Positions 5,695 to 7,203 of a stretch of 7,203 bases of DNA are shown here, one piece after another. Position 1 is the stretch's first letter, and every line of letters begins with the position of its first letter. The notes beneath the pieces were generated by a model. It was not told the origin of the DNA, did no database searches, and worked only from the letters and a program-made list of their open reading frames with translations. The DNA comes from a virus (taxonomy: Duplodnaviria; Heunggongvirae; Uroviricota; Caudoviricetes). Made by a program: the position numbers and the translations under genes. The stretch is taken from the IMG/VR virus record IMGVR_UViG_3300018486_000146, one strand, 5' to 3'.

Positions 5695-6036
5695 ATGGCT
5701 CTGATCAGCGTTCGCAACAGATTTGAAAGCTTCATGGAACAGAGGTACCCAGACCTGTCGTTGCAGGTCAAAGGTAATATTAGCGCATCAATGAAGGCTC
5801 AACTTGGCATCAGGATTGAACGAGAATTGTACAGTGAAGATGTTACTTACTGTGATTCAGCAGTTCAGTTGATGTGGACACTCTTTCAGGCAGGTGTTCT
5901 GGCCGAACGAAGAGCTACCAGCGTTACGCTTCCTGCGCTGAAGGCAAAGCCGGATAGCTTCTACGATGCGGGTTATAACGAAGGTATTCAGGACTGTCGT
6001 AAACATCTGACGGCATCAGGCATCAAGGTAAGATAA
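5695..6036 (+). CDS. Hypothetical protein, 113 aa, in the Q-to-lysis (stx-equivalent) cargo slot; function unknown
   Basis: ATG 5695 with AAGGGAA upstream. The protein is not low-complexity and no transmembrane segment or signal peptide is obvious. An intrinsic terminator follows about 70 bp downstream. No family recognised. Confidence 0.6.
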   Translation: MALISVRNRFESFMEQRYPDLSLQVKGNISASMKAQLGIRIERELYSEDVTYCDSAVQLMWTLFQAGVLAERRATSVTLPALKAKPDSFYDAGYNEGIQDCRKHLTASGIKVR

Positions 6037-6103
6037 AAAATAGTTGTGGAATTCCAAAAAGCCGATTAGCCTGATATCCGTTGAAAACAGTTCATCACGA
6101 AGA

Positions 6104-6127
6104 GGCTTCCGCAAGGGGGCCTTTTTT
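6104..6127 (+). terminator. Intrinsic terminator downstream of the 113-aa ORF
   Basis: GGCTTCC-GCAA-GGGGGCC forms a 7-bp stem (5 Watson-Crick and 2 G-U pairs) with a GNRA tetraloop, followed by TTTTTT. Confidence 0.6.
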
Positions 6128-6357
6128 ATTGCCCCATTCTGGGGAAAAGTTAATAAAACAGGGCTTTCGCTGCGAAAAAACGCTATGCAGTTTTTGCCCT
6201 TTTTTATGCACCTTTTATTCACTCGAATTTCGTCATTCTGGACCACTTAAGTTGATTAAATAGTCCTTTCATCGCAAATCTATTGCGAGCGGGGATCGTG
6301 TGGTTCCTATAACGTACATTATGTTAAATAACTTCCTTTTTTAACAAATTTAACAAG

Positions 6358-6380
6358 GTTCGCTATGGCGAACTTTTTTT
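6358..6380 (+). terminator. Strong intrinsic terminator upstream of the lysis genes, a tR'-like candidate
   Basis: GTTCGC-tatg-GCGAAC is a perfect 6-bp stem with a 4-nt loop, followed by seven T. It lies about 100 bp upstream of the holin start. Confidence 0.7.
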
Positions 6381-6481
6381 GTATTCAGGGCCCACCGAAG
6401 GACGGCTCATAACCCAATCCTACGGGCGTATACGCAGGGCCCGCCTTTCAACAACACCCCGTAATGGCGGAGGTGGGAAGT

Positions 6482-6823
6482 ATGAAAATGCACAATGCTC
6501 CTCATTCCTGGCCTGACTTACTGGAACTCTTACAAAGTTGGTGGCGTGGAGATACGCCGTTGGGCGCAGTGGTTATGTCAATTGTTATGGCTGGCTTGCG
6601 CATTGCCTATTTTGGCGGTGGCGGCGGCTGGAAACGAAAAACGCTTGAGATTTTGCTCTGTGGTGCTCTGACGCTGACTTTTGCATCCGCTCTTGAGTAT
6701 GTCGGATGGCCTAAATCGCTTTCTGTTGCCATTGGTGGTGGTGTTGGGCTGATCGGTGTCGATGCTATTCGTGGGGCTGCAATGCGAGTAATCGGTAACA
6801 AATTTGGTGGCTCTAAGGAGTAA
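6482..6823 (+). CDS. Holin, 113 aa, three predicted transmembrane segments, with a Met-Lys-Met dual-start motif (possible holin/antiholin pair)
   Basis: GGAGGTGGG at 6469-6477 precedes ATG 6482, AAA, ATG 6488. Hydrophobic segments LGAVVMSIVMAGLRIAYF, LEILLCGALTLTFASALEYV and SLSVAIGGGVGLIGVDAI. The stop lies 3 nt before the endolysin start. The ORF-track start at 6464 falls inside the Shine-Dalgarno and was rejected. Not similar to lambda S by eye. Confidence 0.8.
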   Translation: MKMHNAPHSWPDLLELLQSWWRGDTPLGAVVMSIVMAGLRIAYFGGGGGWKRKTLEILLCGALTLTFASALEYVGWPKSLSVAIGGGVGLIGVDAIRGAAMRVIGNKFGGSKE

Positions 6824-6826
6824 TTT

Positions 6827-7203
6827 ATGCAGGTACTAAATTCCCAGCGTAAAGCTTTCCTGGATATGGTGGCATGGTCAGAAGGAACGGATAACGGGCG
6901 ACAACCGACACGTAACCACGGTTATGACGTTATTGTTGGTGGTGAACTGTTTACTGATTACTCCGATCATCCTCACAAACTTGTCACGCTAAACCCGAAA
7001 CTTAAATCAACAGCTGCCGGACGTTATCAGCTTCTTTCCCGTTGGTGGGATGCTTACCGTAAACAGCTTGGTTTGAAAGACTTCTCCCCCAAAAGCCAGG
7101 ACGCTGTGGCATTGCAGCAGATTAAAGAGCGTGGCGCTTTACCGATGATTGATCGCGGTGATATTCGTCAGGCTATCGACCGTTGCAGCAATATCTGGGC
7201 TTC
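6827..7203 (+). CDS. R: Endolysin, lambda R-type lytic transglycosylase, 5' portion (truncated by window end)
   Basis: AAGGAG 6 nt upstream of ATG 6827. The translation MQVLNSQRKAFLDMVAWSEGTDNGRQPTRNHGYDVIVGGELFTDYSDHP...RCSNIWA is nearly identical to lambda R as recalled, including the catalytic-glutamate motif AWSEGTD. The open frame runs to the window end. Confidence 0.95.
   Translation, partial: MQVLNSQRKAFLDMVAWSEGTDNGRQPTRNHGYDVIVGGELFTDYSDHPHKLVTLNPKLKSTAAGRYQLLSRWWDAYRKQLGLKDFSPKSQDAVALQQIKERGALPMIDRGDIRQAIDRCSNIWA

Noticed and set aside
6016-6263. ORFs 6016..6246 (minus), 6044..6250 (plus) and 6081..6263 (plus) in the AT-rich spacer
   Set aside because: They overlap two terminator-like hairpins, and no Shine-Dalgarno sequences were found. 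The region reads as regulatory. A very small leader peptide cannot be excluded.
6037-6463. tRNA genes between Q and the holin, as in Stx phages
   Set aside because: No cloverleaf-compatible sequence was seen (no GTTCGAATCC-type T-arm with matching acceptor stem). The GGTTCGC...GCGAAC element at 6358-6373 is a simple hairpin followed by a T-run, that is, a terminator.
6607-6801. ORF 6607..6801 (minus) antisense to the holin
   Set aside because: Pro/Ala-rich antisense translation of the holin Gly/Ala-rich segments.

Overview
This window is the regulatory and replication core of a lambdoid temperate phage or prophage of enterobacterial type (about 50% GC), with a sequencing adapter at the 5' end. 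Bases 1-22 are the reverse complement of the Illumina TruSeq adapter. Left to right: a minus-strand early-left operon (Cys-rich small ORF, intrinsic terminator, small membrane protein, 300-aa unknown protein, start of a further gene); a phage-434-like immunity switch (LexA-like cI repressor and divergent Cro, with ACAA-N6-TTGT operators); a 730-aa primase-helicase that follows cro after a 6-bp gap, with no cII or O/P; an iteron-type origin with a consensus DnaA box; a phage-82/QuuD-type Q antiterminator; an unrecognised 113-aa ORF in the Q-to-lysis slot, followed by two intrinsic terminators; a three-TMD holin with a Met-Lys-Met dual start; and the 5' part of a lambda-R-like endolysin. No tRNA, rRNA, CRISPR array, integrase or transposase was seen. 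The most interesting candidates for undescribed biology are the 113-aa ORF between Q and the holin and the N-less early-left operon. All homology statements come from reading the translations and recalling family sequences, not from a database search.
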